This document shows positions 49,759 to 59,867 of a stretch of DNA of 64,000 nucleotides, piece by piece. Origin of the DNA: Desulfobacterales bacterium (GTDB taxonomy: Bacteria; Desulfobacterota; Desulfobacteria; Desulfobacterales; UBA2174). The DNA lies in the NCBI GenBank assembly GCA_963668645.2, contig CAXXWC010000010.1:352001-416000 (forward strand), written 5' to 3'. Made by a program: the position numbers and the translations under genes. The number at the start of each line of letters is the position of its first letter. The first letter of the stretch is position 1. The notes under the pieces were generated by a model. The model was given only the letters and a program-made list of their open reading frames with translations. It was not told where the DNA came from and searched no databases.

Positions 49759-50715
49759 ATGACGACGATCGAGGCAAAATGTCTCCGCCTGGCACTGGTG
49801 CTGCTGGCGGTCACCGCCGTCACCTTCTTCATGGTCGACCGGCTGCCGGGTGATGCGGCCTGTCTGATCGGCGGCGAGATCGCCGGCGCCGATCAGATCG
49901 CAGCCATCCGTGCCGAACTGGGGCTGGACCGGCCCGTGGTCCGGCGGTATCTCGAATGGCTGGCCGCCGTGCTGCGGGGCCATCTGGGGGTTTCCTACCT
50001 CACCGGTGAGCCGGTAGCCGAAACGATCGGTGCCCGGTTGCCCGTTACCCTCGAACTGATCCTCGTGTCCCAGGCCATGGCCCTTTTCCTGGCGCTTCCG
50101 GCCGGCATCGTCAGCGCCTATCGCTGCAACACCGGCATGGACCGCGGCATCAACGCCGTGGCCTTCGCCAGTTTTTCCGTTCCCGGCTTCGTCATGGCAA
50201 TGGTGACGATCTACGTTTTTGCCATCCGCCTCGACTGGCTGCCGGCCACCGGCTATACGCCTCTTGTGCGCAACCCCTGGGCCAACCTCCAATCCTTCGT
50301 GCTGCCCGGTCTGAGCATCGCCCTGGTCGAATGGGTGGTGCTGATGCGCGTGTTGCGCAGCGATATGATCGGCACCCTGCAGCAGGACTTTATCCTCATG
50401 GCCCGCGCCAAGGGCCTGCCGCCCTGGAAGGTGCTCCTGCAGCACGCCTTGCGCCCGTCCTGCTTTACCCTGATTACGATCCTGGGTCTGCAGATCGGCC
50501 GCCTTCTCGGCGAAGCGGTGGTCGTGGAGACGATCTTCGCCCTGCCCGGCATCGGCCGGCTGCTCATCGACGCTGTCTACGCGCGCGACGTTCTGGTGGT
50601 GCAGGGGTGTGTTCTGGTGATCACGGTCGGCTACGTACTGGTCAACACCGGTGTCGATCTGCTTTACGGCATCCTCGATCCCCGGCTCCGACGCCGGACT
50701 GCCGATGGCCGCTAA
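49759..50715 (+). CDS. Opp/Dpp-type ABC permease
   Basis: LPGD, LGLDRP, ARAKGL, VETIFALPGIG. Confidence 0.9.
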   Translation: MTTIEAKCLRLALVLLAVTAVTFFMVDRLPGDAACLIGGEIAGADQIAAIRAELGLDRPVVRRYLEWLAAVLRGHLGVSYLTGEPVAETIGARLPVTLELILVSQAMALFLALPAGIVSAYRCNTGMDRGINAVAFASFSVPGFVMAMVTIYVFAIRLDWLPATGYTPLVRNPWANLQSFVLPGLSIALVEWVVLMRVLRSDMIGTLQQDFILMARAKGLPPWKVLLQHALRPSCFTLITILGLQIGRLLGEAVVVETIFALPGIGRLLIDAVYARDVLVVQGCVLVITVGYVLVNTGVDLLYGILDPRLRRRTADGR

Positions 50716-51592
50716 ATCGCCAAATACCGGACTCGGTCCGGGCTTCTGGCTGCCGGCGGCCTGGCTGCTGTTTGTCACGGCGGCGGCCTTGACCGCCGGC
50801 CATTGGCCGGTGCCGCCGCCCGACCGCATGGACTGGCAGCGGCTCAACGCCGCTCCCGGAACCGTGGCTGCCGTCAGCCTCCAACAGGCCGGGCAGGACC
50901 GCCCCCGCCGGTCCTTCACCCACTGGCTGGGGACCGACACGCTGGGCCGGGATCTGGCCTCACGGCTGCTCCACGGGGCGCGCATCTCGCTGGCGGTGGG
51001 TCTGATCGCACCGTTGATCGGCTTTTTGGGCGGCGGCACCCTCGGGTGCCTGGCGGGATATTGCCGCGGGCGCATCGATGCGCTGATCCTGGCGGCTTTC
51101 GACGTAGTCCTGGCCTTTCCGGGGCTGGTATTGCTTTTGGCGGTATCTTTTTTTGTCGGCCGAAACCTGAGCCACCTCATCGTGGCCCTGGGCGTTTTGT
51201 CGGTGCCGGCCTTCGGACGGGTGGCCCGCGCGCGGACCCTGGCCCTGAGCCGTCTGGCCTTTGTCGAGGCGGCCCGCCTGACCGGGGCCGGAAGCCTGGC
51301 GGTCCTGGCGCGCGAAATCGTACCCAACGTGGTGGTGCCGCTGGGCATCTACGGCCTGCTGGTAATGGCGTTCATGATCATGGCCGAAGGGGCCTTGAGC
51401 TTCCTCGGGCTGGGCGTCCCGCCTCCCGCACCCAGCTGGGGCGCCATGATCGCCCAGGGCCGCGAGGTGCTCGAAGAAGCCCCCCACGTGAGCCTGATTC
51501 CGGCCGGCGTGATGTTTCTCACGGTAATGGCCTTCAACCTGATCGGCGACAATCTGCGCCGCCGCCTCGACAACCGCCAAAGCCAGCTATGA
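50705..51592 (+). CDS. Opp/Dpp-type ABC permease
   Basis: HWLGTDTLGRD, FVEAARLTGA, LSFLGLG..PP.PSWG. Confidence 0.9.
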   Translation: MAAKSPNTGLGPGFWLPAAWLLFVTAAALTAGHWPVPPPDRMDWQRLNAAPGTVAAVSLQQAGQDRPRRSFTHWLGTDTLGRDLASRLLHGARISLAVGLIAPLIGFLGGGTLGCLAGYCRGRIDALILAAFDVVLAFPGLVLLLAVSFFVGRNLSHLIVALGVLSVPAFGRVARARTLALSRLAFVEAARLTGAGSLAVLAREIVPNVVVPLGIYGLLVMAFMIMAEGALSFLGLGVPPPAPSWGAMIAQGREVLEEAPHVSLIPAGVMFLTVMAFNLIGDNLRRRLDNRQSQL

Positions 51593-52593
51593 CAACGGCA
51601 AACCCCAACCCGTGGTTGCTCGAAATCGACCGCCTCTCGGTGGCCCTGGCCAACGGGCACGGCCGGGTGCCGGTGCTCAGCAATGTATCGCTGACACTGG
51701 CGGCCGGCACGACCCTCGGGCTGGTGGGCGAGTCCGGGTGCGGCAAGAGCCTCCTGGCGCGGACCATCATGCGCATCCTGCCACGGGACGCGGCCGTAGG
51801 CGATGAGGCGGCCGTTTTCTTCGAGGGGCGCGATCTGCTGCGCCTGCCCCGGCGCCAGATGCGCCGGCTGCGGGGCCGGGATCTGGCCATGGTCTTCCAG
51901 GACCCCATGACGACGCTCAATCCGGTGCTCACCGTGGGCCGGCAGATCGACGAGGTGCTGCGCCATCACCGGCGCCTGAGCCGCCGCAACGCCCGCGAGC
52001 GGACCCTGGCCCTGCTCGAGCGCGTGGGCCTGCCCATGGCCGAACGGCGCGTAAACCAGTATCCTCACCAGCTCTCCGGGGGCCTGCGCCAGCGGGTGGC
52101 CATCGCCGCCGCCCTCGCCGCGGAGCCCAAACTGCTCATCGCCGACGAGCCGACCACGGCCCTGGATGTGACCGTTCAGGCTGGGATCCTCAACCTCCTG
52201 TCATGCCTGCAGCGCGACCGCCAGATGGCTATGATCCTGATCACCCACGACCTTTCCGTGGTGGCCGGACGGGCCGACCAGACCGCGGTGATGTACGCCG
52301 GGCGCATCGTCGAACAGGCCCCGACCCGGACGCTTTTCGCCTCGATGCGCATGCCCTACACCCGAGCCCTGATGGCGGCGGTGCCGCGCCTGGACGGTCG
52401 ACCCCATGCCCGGTTCAACGCCATCGGCGGACGGGCGCCGCGCCCGGGCGCCTGGCCTTGCGGGTGCCGTTTCGCCCCGCGCTGCGATCAGGCCCGGACA
52501 CGCTGCCAGCGCCAGGAGCCGCCACTTTTCCAACTGAACGCCAACGGGCACCGCTGCGCCTGCTGGTACCCTCTGGGCAACCATGCCGAATGA
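51589..52593 (+). CDS. Opp/Dpp-type ABC ATPase
   Basis: GESGCGKS, LSGGLRQR, IADEPTTALD, C-terminal GCRFAPRC. Confidence 0.9.
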   Translation: MTTANPNPWLLEIDRLSVALANGHGRVPVLSNVSLTLAAGTTLGLVGESGCGKSLLARTIMRILPRDAAVGDEAAVFFEGRDLLRLPRRQMRRLRGRDLAMVFQDPMTTLNPVLTVGRQIDEVLRHHRRLSRRNARERTLALLERVGLPMAERRVNQYPHQLSGGLRQRVAIAAALAAEPKLLIADEPTTALDVTVQAGILNLLSCLQRDRQMAMILITHDLSVVAGRADQTAVMYAGRIVEQAPTRTLFASMRMPYTRALMAAVPRLDGRPHARFNAIGGRAPRPGAWPCGCRFAPRCDQARTRCQRQEPPLFQLNANGHRCACWYPLGNHAE

Positions 52594-53557
52594 CGCGCAC
52601 CAAAACACGGCCCTGCTTTCCGTCGAAGATCTGGCGGTGGTGTTCCGTCTGGGCCTGGGCCAGCGGCTCGAGGCGGTGGCCGGGATCTCCCTGGCCATCG
52701 CCCCGGGCGAGGCCCTGGGGCTGGTGGGCGAATCCGGATGCGGCAAGACCACCGTGGCCCGGACCATCGTCGGGCTGCAGCGCCCCGCAGCCGGGCGCAT
52801 CTGCTACGAGGGGCGGGACCTGGCCCCTTTAAGCGCCGCGCAACGGCGCGCGCTGCGGCCTCAGATGCAGATGATCTTTCAGGATGCCACGGCCGCGCTC
52901 AACCCGGGACGCAGCGTGGGGCGCAGCGTGGCCGAACCGCTGCGCCGGGTCGCCGGCCTTTGCCGAGCCGCGCGCCACAAAAGGGCCTGCGAGATGCTCC
53001 GTGCCGTGGGCCTCGACCCGCAGGAAGTCTTCGACCTGCGGCCCCACGAATTTTCCGTAGGCCAGTGCCAGCGGATCGGCATCGCCCGGGCCCTGATCCT
53101 CAACCCGCGCCTGTTGGTCTGCGACGAGCCGGTCAGCAGTCTCGACGTGTCGGTTCAGGCCCAGATTCTCAACCTCCTCGTCGGGTTGCAGCGGAGGCGG
53201 CAGCTTGCCATGCTTTTCATTTCCCACGATCTGGCCGTGGTCAAAAACGTCTGCGACCGGGTGGCCGTGATGTATCTGGGCCGGCTGTGCGAAACCGCCG
53301 GCAGCCAGAGTCTCTTCAGCACTCCGCGCCACCCTTACACCGCCACCCTGCTGGCCGCCATTCCGGTGCCGGATCCGAACGCCCCCCTGGCCGGCAACCA
53401 TCTTGCCAGCGACGAAATCCCGTCCCCGGTCCGGCCGCCTTCCGGGTGCCGCTTCCACCCCCGCTGCCACCACGCCACGGACCGCTGCACGCAGGCAACA
53501 CCGCCGATGCGCCCGGCCGGCAACGGCCGTCAGGTGGCCTGCCATCATCCCCTCTGA
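52583..53557 (+). CDS. Opp/Dpp-type ABC ATPase
   Basis: GESGCGKT, FSVGQ (variant signature), VCDEPVSSLD, GCRFHPRC. Confidence 0.9.
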   Translation: MPNDAHQNTALLSVEDLAVVFRLGLGQRLEAVAGISLAIAPGEALGLVGESGCGKTTVARTIVGLQRPAAGRICYEGRDLAPLSAAQRRALRPQMQMIFQDATAALNPGRSVGRSVAEPLRRVAGLCRAARHKRACEMLRAVGLDPQEVFDLRPHEFSVGQCQRIGIARALILNPRLLVCDEPVSSLDVSVQAQILNLLVGLQRRRQLAMLFISHDLAVVKNVCDRVAVMYLGRLCETAGSQSLFSTPRHPYTATLLAAIPVPDPNAPLAGNHLASDEIPSPVRPPSGCRFHPRCHHATDRCTQATPPMRPAGNGRQVACHHPL

Positions 53558-53758
53558 GGCCGTCTCGAGTTCGCTAAAACTCTTGTGCCCTTGCGGCAGA
53601 TGGGTAACACTAATAGTCTTAGCAGCGATGAATCCCACGCTTCTGAACGCATCGTTCGTCGAAGGCCGCCGGCGCTGGACAACACGGAATGCTCCCGGCC
53701 AAGATGATCTGCGCCGGTGTGTTGTGTGTTCCGGCATTAGCATCCGAGGAAAAGAACC

Positions 53759-54520
53759 ATGCAATACGCGATGGAGCTGGACAGAAAGCGAAAGCGTTTC
53801 TTCTTTCTCGTTTGCGCAACGATCACCGTCCTGGTTTTCGGACTGTTGTGCGTTATCAATTACCTGGAAAACGATATCCACGAGATCGTGATCAATCTGG
53901 TGGTCATGGCGGTTTTGACCGGCGGCATGCTCGCCTTGAAGATCCGCAACGCGGATCAGGCGATCTACCGAACGGTGCATCTCGTGATCGCCCTGGCATT
54001 TTTCTATTGCGTCTATACCGGCGCGGGCAGGGAATCGGTTCTGTATTGGATTTTCGTCATGCCGCTGTTGTTTTTTACCTTTTTCGGTAAAATAGAAGGG
54101 TTGGGCTGGTCTGTGGCCTTTTCTGGCGGCGTCGGTGTGATCATGCTGGCGCCATGGCTTTCCGGGGCGCATGCATACGGTTATTTCAACACTTCCCGCT
54201 TTTTTATCACCCTGTTTTTCGTCATTGCCATCGGCTACGGGCTGGAGTCCTCGCGCCATGCGTTCGGCCGGTTGCTCGACGAAAGAAACCAGACCCTGCT
54301 GCGCGACAAGCAGCGGCTGGAAGAGGTCCTGGCCAAAGTGAACACCCTGAGCGGTCTGCTGCCCATCTGCGCCGCGTGCAAGCGGATCCGGGACGATCAG
54401 GGCTACTGGAACCAGCTGGAGGCATATTTTAGCGAACACTCGGACGTGGCCTTCAGCCACAGCCTCTGCCCGGAATGCAGCCACAAGCTCTACCCGGACC
54501 TGCTTTCTGACGAAGATTAA
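53759..54520 (+). CDS. Membrane sensor-like protein with C-terminal Cys/His zinc-binding-like domain
   Basis: 5-6 TM helices then LPICAACKRIRDDQGYW...FSHSLCPEC. Confidence 0.75.
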   Translation: MQYAMELDRKRKRFFFLVCATITVLVFGLLCVINYLENDIHEIVINLVVMAVLTGGMLALKIRNADQAIYRTVHLVIALAFFYCVYTGAGRESVLYWIFVMPLLFFTFFGKIEGLGWSVAFSGGVGVIMLAPWLSGAHAYGYFNTSRFFITLFFVIAIGYGLESSRHAFGRLLDERNQTLLRDKQRLEEVLAKVNTLSGLLPICAACKRIRDDQGYWNQLEAYFSEHSDVAFSHSLCPECSHKLYPDLLSDED

Positions 54521-54532
54521 AAGTAAATACGG

Positions 54533-56506
54533 ATGAAAGCCGACAGGAAAGCCAAGGTCAAAGAACGCGCCAAGGTGCGAACGCAGCAAAAGCTCAATGC
54601 GGCGCACGACGAAAAGGTGGACTTTCTGTATCATGAAGCCAGGTGGTTCGTTCAAAACGATCAGTTCGACAAAGCCATCCTCCTTATGGAAAGGGCGCTG
54701 CGTCTGGCCCCGGACAACATCGAGATGATCCGATTCCTCGGCTACCTGGGCCACGAGTCGCAACGCGCCGACGTCGAGCGCAAGGCCCTTTCCCGCCTCT
54801 GGCACATCGAGGCGCTACCCGACGAATTCTACCCGCCATACATCAATCTGATGCTGGAAAAAAAACGATTCGACGACGCCCTGGCGGTTTGCCCAAAAGG
54901 GCTGGCGCGACTGGCCGGCAAGCGGTTCAAGGGAGTTGCCGCCCGGTGCCAGTTCTTCCAGGAAGTCAGTGCGGTATGTCGCCGTTTCGGCAGGGCCGCG
55001 CCAGCGCCGCCGGTACAACCGGCGAAATCAGCAAAATCAGTGCAACCGGCCGCACAGCGGCCATCATCCGCCGGCCGCGCCGGTTCTCCCCGCGCCGCAA
55101 CCGGCCGCTCTGCCGGCCATCCCGGTATCGATCTCCCTGGACCGGGCCGCCTTTCTCAGCGCGCTGACTGCGGGGCGCTTTACCGATCCGGCGGCCTATG
55201 ACCTGTGTCTGCAGGCCCTCCGGCTGCGGTTCCGCGAGTCCTTCGAAAGCCTGATTTGCCTGGCCGGCCTGAAGGGCGTGCACTCGTTGTGGTACCAGGA
55301 GGAAACCGCCCGCAAGGTGATGCGCCGTTTTCACGGCCGGGCCCTGCTGGCCGACGAGGTCGGCCTGGGCAAGACCATCAAAGCGGCGATGGTGCTCAAG
55401 GAGTACCTGTTACGCGGCATGGTCAAAAGGGTGCTGATCCTGGTGCCCACCCCCCCTGGTGAGCCAATGGCAGCAAGTTCGACCTGGCACTGCCGTCCAC
55501 CGACGACGCCGACTTTCGCACCAAGGGCGAAGCCTTCTGGGACGCGCGGGTCGTGGTGGCCTCGATCAACATCGCCAAATCGCGGCGGCACGCCGACATT
55601 GTCTGCCGCCGCGAGTACGATCTGGTCATCGTCGACGAGGCCCACCACCTGAAAAACCGCAGCACCCAGAACTGGAAGCTCGTCAACGCCCTCAAGAAGC
55701 GCTTTTTGCTCCTGCTCACGGCCACCCCGGTGGAAAACAACCTCACGGAGCTGTATAACCTCATCACCCTGCTCAAACCCGGCCAGCTAAGCACCCCGAG
55801 CGAGTTCAAAGCCGAGTTCATGACCCGCGGCGATCCCACCGCGCCGCAGAACCGTGCCCGGCTGCGCCAGCTCCTCGACCAGGTGATGATCCGCAACACC
55901 CGCGCCCTGGCAAGGTCAACCTGCCGTCGCGCTACGCCCATACGGTGCGGATCGATCCCACGGCCCACGAACGCGGGCTCTACCAGCGGGTCACGGATCT
56001 GGTGCGCCGCATCAGCACTGACGACGGCTCGCGGCGCCGGTCGATGCCTTCCGCCCGACCCACGACGTACTGGTCACCACCGAAGTCGGCGGGGAGGGGG
56101 CAACTTGCAGTTCTGCCACCAGATGATCAACTACGATCTGCCATGGAACCCCATGCGCATCGAACAGCGCATCGGGCGCATCCACCACATCGGCCAGGAG
56201 AGCGAGGTCCTCATCCAGAACCTGTGCGCCGCGAAGAGCGCCGAGGACTACATCCTCGAAATCCTCGACCGCAAGATCAACATGTTCGAAATAGTCATCG
56301 GCGAGATCGACATGATTCTGGGACGCATCCGCAGCGAAGCCGAATTTTCCGAGCTGGTCTACGACATCTGGGTCAAGTCGGCCTCCAAGGCGGACCAGGA
56401 CCGGGGCTTCGGCCAGCTCGCGGCCCAACTGGACCGCAGCAAGAACGCCTATCTCCGGTCCCGCTCCCTGGACACCCAGATTTTTGGAGAAAACTACGAA
56501 CTGTAA
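54533..56506 (+). pseudogene. TPR + SNF2-family helicase (YqhH-like), multiple frameshifts and deletions
   Basis: LLADEVGLGKT, VDEAHHLKN, LTATPVEN, GNLQFC, NYDLPWNPMRIEQRIGR in different frames. Confidence 0.85.
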
Positions 56507-57615
56507 TGAACGGTGCGCTCGTGGCTATCGAACCCTATGACAGCACTCCCCTTGCCGCCACCGCGGATCCGGCCCTGACAGACTTCGTGCGCCGCTTTCT
56601 CGAAGTGGCCGGAGCCGCAGTGGAACCGGTCCCGCACGGCTTTCAAGTCCTGCTGCCCGAGCGGCTCAGCACCCGGTGGGCACTGCCGGAACTGGTGCGG
56701 CTGACCTTCGCCGGAGACGAAGCCGCGCCGGGGCAGCCACCGCCCAGTGTGGCGGCGGGCTACGGATCCCGGATCCTGGAGCAGATGCTCGCCTCCGCCG
56801 GCGCCAGCGTGCCCCTGGCCCGGTGCCAGGCGGTCTTTCACTACCTGAAAAGCGCCGGATTCGAACGCCTGATCCAGGAGCAGTTCCAGTTTCAGGGGGC
56901 TGGAGGCCTCGCCGTGGAAAGCCAGGCGGCGATCCAGACGGCCTACCTGCAGCTCACCTTCATCTATCTGGCCCAGAGCGACGAACAGACCGAAGGGCTG
57001 GTCTACGTGGCCCTCAACCTCGACACCCAGGCCGACGTGAGCGGAATAGAGAAATCCTGGCCAGGCCTCGAAACGGTGCCGGCCGCCGCCGGCACCCCTT
57101 TTCCCTGGGATCCCACCCGGGCCGAAGGGATTCTGGCCTGGGCCGAAAAGCGGGCCCGGGGTTCCGTCGCTGCCGCGCTGGAGGAATTCGAGGCGCGCAT
57201 GAACCGGCGCTTTGCCCGCGATGCCGCCAGCCGGGAGGAGTATTACACGGCGCTGGACCAAGAAATGACTGACAGCCTCGAACGGCCCGGAATCAGCGAG
57301 GCCCTCAAGGCCGAACGGCGCGAAAAGATCGACCTGCTGCCGGCCGAGCGAGCACGTAAGCAGGAAGACCTGTTCAAAAAGTACAGCATCTGCGCCGAGA
57401 TGCTGATCCACACCCCGGCGGTCAAGCTCATGACCCGCCTTCAGGTGGGAAAGGCCAATCGCAGCGTGTCGCTGGTCTACAATCCGATCACCCGCGGTCT
57501 CGATCCCCTGGTCTGCCCGCTTTGCCACGAGAACACCTAGCGGCTGCACTGCAGCCGTACGGCCGCCCCGTGCTGCCTGCGCTGCGCCGCGAAAAGTCAC
57601 GACCATAGCGTTTGA
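56506..57615 (+). pseudogene. YqhG-like SNF2 partner protein with premature TAG in C-terminal zinc finger
   Basis: ORF 56506-57540; after TAG the frame continues RLHCSRTAAPCCLRC...* completing a Cys cluster. Confidence 0.55.
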
Positions 57616-57683
57616 CTTGACTGCAGGTCCTTGCTATCCCATTTCCAGGAATCTGAAAAAATTACCAATAAGGAAATACTCTA

Positions 57684-59226
57684 TTGCTGTCAGCGGTTGA
57701 ACAAAAGAGGCTGCTGCTCTCCAAGAGTACTGAGGCAAAAACAAAGTCTCAGCTCGGGCAGTTTCTTACGCCCGAAAGAACGGCATCATTTATGGCAGGC
57801 CTTTTCCCTCAAGCAGAAGGAGCTTGTCGCCTTTTGGACCCAGGGGCAGGGATAGGTTCGTTATCTGCCGCATTTTTAGACAGATGGGAAAATGGCGGGT
57901 TTCGTTTTGAGCGCGTTGAAGCAGATGCTTTTGAGGTCGACCCAAATTTGATCCGGCACCTTGTCACAAACGCTGGACAGGTACGATCACCACAGGGGCG
58001 ATTTTGCCGCTAATATTTTTCAAGAAGATTTTATCCATGCCGCCGTTGAATCACTTTCCGGGAATCTGTTTTCAAAGCCCTTAAATCGCTATACGCACGC
58101 CATTCTCAATCCTCCATACAAAAAGATCAACAGCAGTTCAGCGCACCGGCTTGCCCTGCGCCGAGTCGGTATCGAGACGGTTAATCTCTACTCGGCCTTT
58201 GTGGCGCTGGCTGTGGCTTTAGCCGCGCCAGGTGGCCAGATCGTGGCGATCATCCCTCGCAGCTTCTGCAACGGTCCCTATTACCGCCCATTTCGTGACT
58301 TCATCCTTGAGCGGGCCGCCATCCGCCATATGCACCTGTTCGCGTCGCGTAGCAAAGCGTTCAAGGATGACGCGGTCTTGCAGGAAAATATTATTCTGCG
58401 CCTGGAACGCGGCGGCAGGCAGGAAATGGTGACGGTTTCGACTTCCACCGATGACACCTTTATCGACCTTGCCAGCCATAAACACCCGTTCGACCGTATC
58501 GTGTCCCCGGATGATCCTGAACGGTTTATCCATGTGCCAACCTCGTGCAAGAAAAACACCCTCGAGTCATCCAGCGCAATCCACTACACACTGGCCGACT
58601 TGGGGATAAAGGTATCGACCGGGCCGGTAGTCGATTTCCGGCTGAAAGCTCACCTGCGTGAGATGCCGGAGCCGGGCACAGTGCCCCTGCTTTACCCCGG
58701 CCATTTCAGCGGCAACGGCACCACATGGCCCATCGAGGGGATGAAAAAACCCAACGCAATTGAGCGCAACCCCGACACCGAAAAATGGCTTTACCCGAAC
58801 GGTTATTACTGTGTCGTGCGGCGTTTTTCGTCAAAAGAAGAAAAACGCCGGATTGTGGCGGGCGTGGTAGAACCCCGATCATTTGGCGACGCTCCCGTGC
58901 TGGGCTTCGAAAACCACCTGAACCTGTTCCATGAAAATAAGCGGGGCCTGCCCGAACGGCTGGCCCGCGGACTGGCCGTGTTCCTGAACACGACCGTAGT
59001 AGATGAGCATTTCCGGCTCTTCAACGGACATACGCAGGTCAACGCAACCGACCTCAAACTGATGAAGTACCCGAGCCGTAAGGCCCTGATCGAACTTGGC
59101 GAGTGGGCCATGCAACAAGGTTTACTCACCCAAGAGCAGATTGATGCGAAATCCCACTCCGATTCTTACTGCGGGCCGTCTGCGGGTACCGCTTCGGCAA
59201 CCAGGCGGCCGCCGGCCAGGCGATAG
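57684..59226 (+). pseudogene. BsuBI/PstI-type N6-adenine DNA methyltransferase, frameshifted near 57960
   Basis: LGQFLTP, LLDPGAGIG in ORF 57684-58013; NPPY, IIPRSFCNG, STGPVVDFR, FENHLN, NGHTQVNATDL in ORF 57961-59226. Confidence 0.85.
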
Positions 59227-59867
59227 ACCCGGCGGCAGAAGCGGGCCACCAGGTTGGCGTCGTGGCTGATGAGCACGTAGCTGACCCGGCTGCGTGCCTG
59301 GACGCGTTTGAGCAGTGCGAGAATCTCGGCCTGGGTCAGGGCGTCGAGCATGGCGGTGGGCTCGTCGAGGACCAGGACGGCAGGCTCCAGGACCATAGCC
59401 CGGGCGATGGCCGCCCGCTGCAGCTCGCCGCCGGAAAGCTGGTGGGGCTGACGGTGGAGCAAGGCCGGGGCCAGGTCCACCTGTTCGAGGCGACCGGCAA
59501 GATCGGCCGCCGTGGGGCGCGCTTTGCGCAGCATGTAGGCTTCGGCCAGGCTCCTGGCCAGGGTCCAGCGCGGATCGAAGGTCGTTTCCGGGTGCTGAAA
59601 AACCATTTGCAGATCCTGCGCCAGATGCCGGCGCCGGCCGCAGGCCCAAAGATCGGTCCCCTTGTAGCGCAGGATCCCGCGATCCGGCCTGAGTATCCCT
59701 GCCAGCACCATCCCCAGGGTGGTCTTGCCCGCCCCGCTGGGTCCCACCACGCCCACGGTCTCGGCCCGGGACAACGAAAGATCAACGCCTGCGAGGACCA
59801 CGGCCTGGGGCCGGCGCTGCCAGCCGCGGCGATAGGCCTTTTGGATGCCCACGGCTTCAAGCAGCAT
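59166..59867 (-). CDS. ABC ATPase (NikE/OppF-like)
   Basis: GPSGAGKT, LSGGELQR, VLDEPT. Confidence 0.88.
   Translation of the reverse strand: MLLEAVGIQKAYRRGWQRRPQAVVLAGVDLSLSRAETVGVVGPSGAGKTTLGMVLAGILRPDRGILRYKGTDLWACGRRRHLAQDLQMVFQHPETTFDPRWTLARSLAEAYMLRKARPTAADLAGRLEQVDLAPALLHRQPHQLSGGELQRAAIARAMVLEPAVLVLDEPTAMLDALTQAEILALLKRVQARSRVSYVLISHDANLVARFCRRVYRLAGGRLVAEAVPADGPQ

Noticed and set aside
48109..51348. 1079-aa antisense ORF and similar long shadow ORFs (31987-33912, 52829-54805, 40979-42385)
   Set aside because: Antisense to well-supported genes in high-GC DNA; no motifs
57538..57540. Pyrrolysine read-through at this TAG (also the TAG at 10919)
   Set aside because: Both lie in visibly decayed loci and no pyl genes are in the window; simple nonsense mutations are more likely
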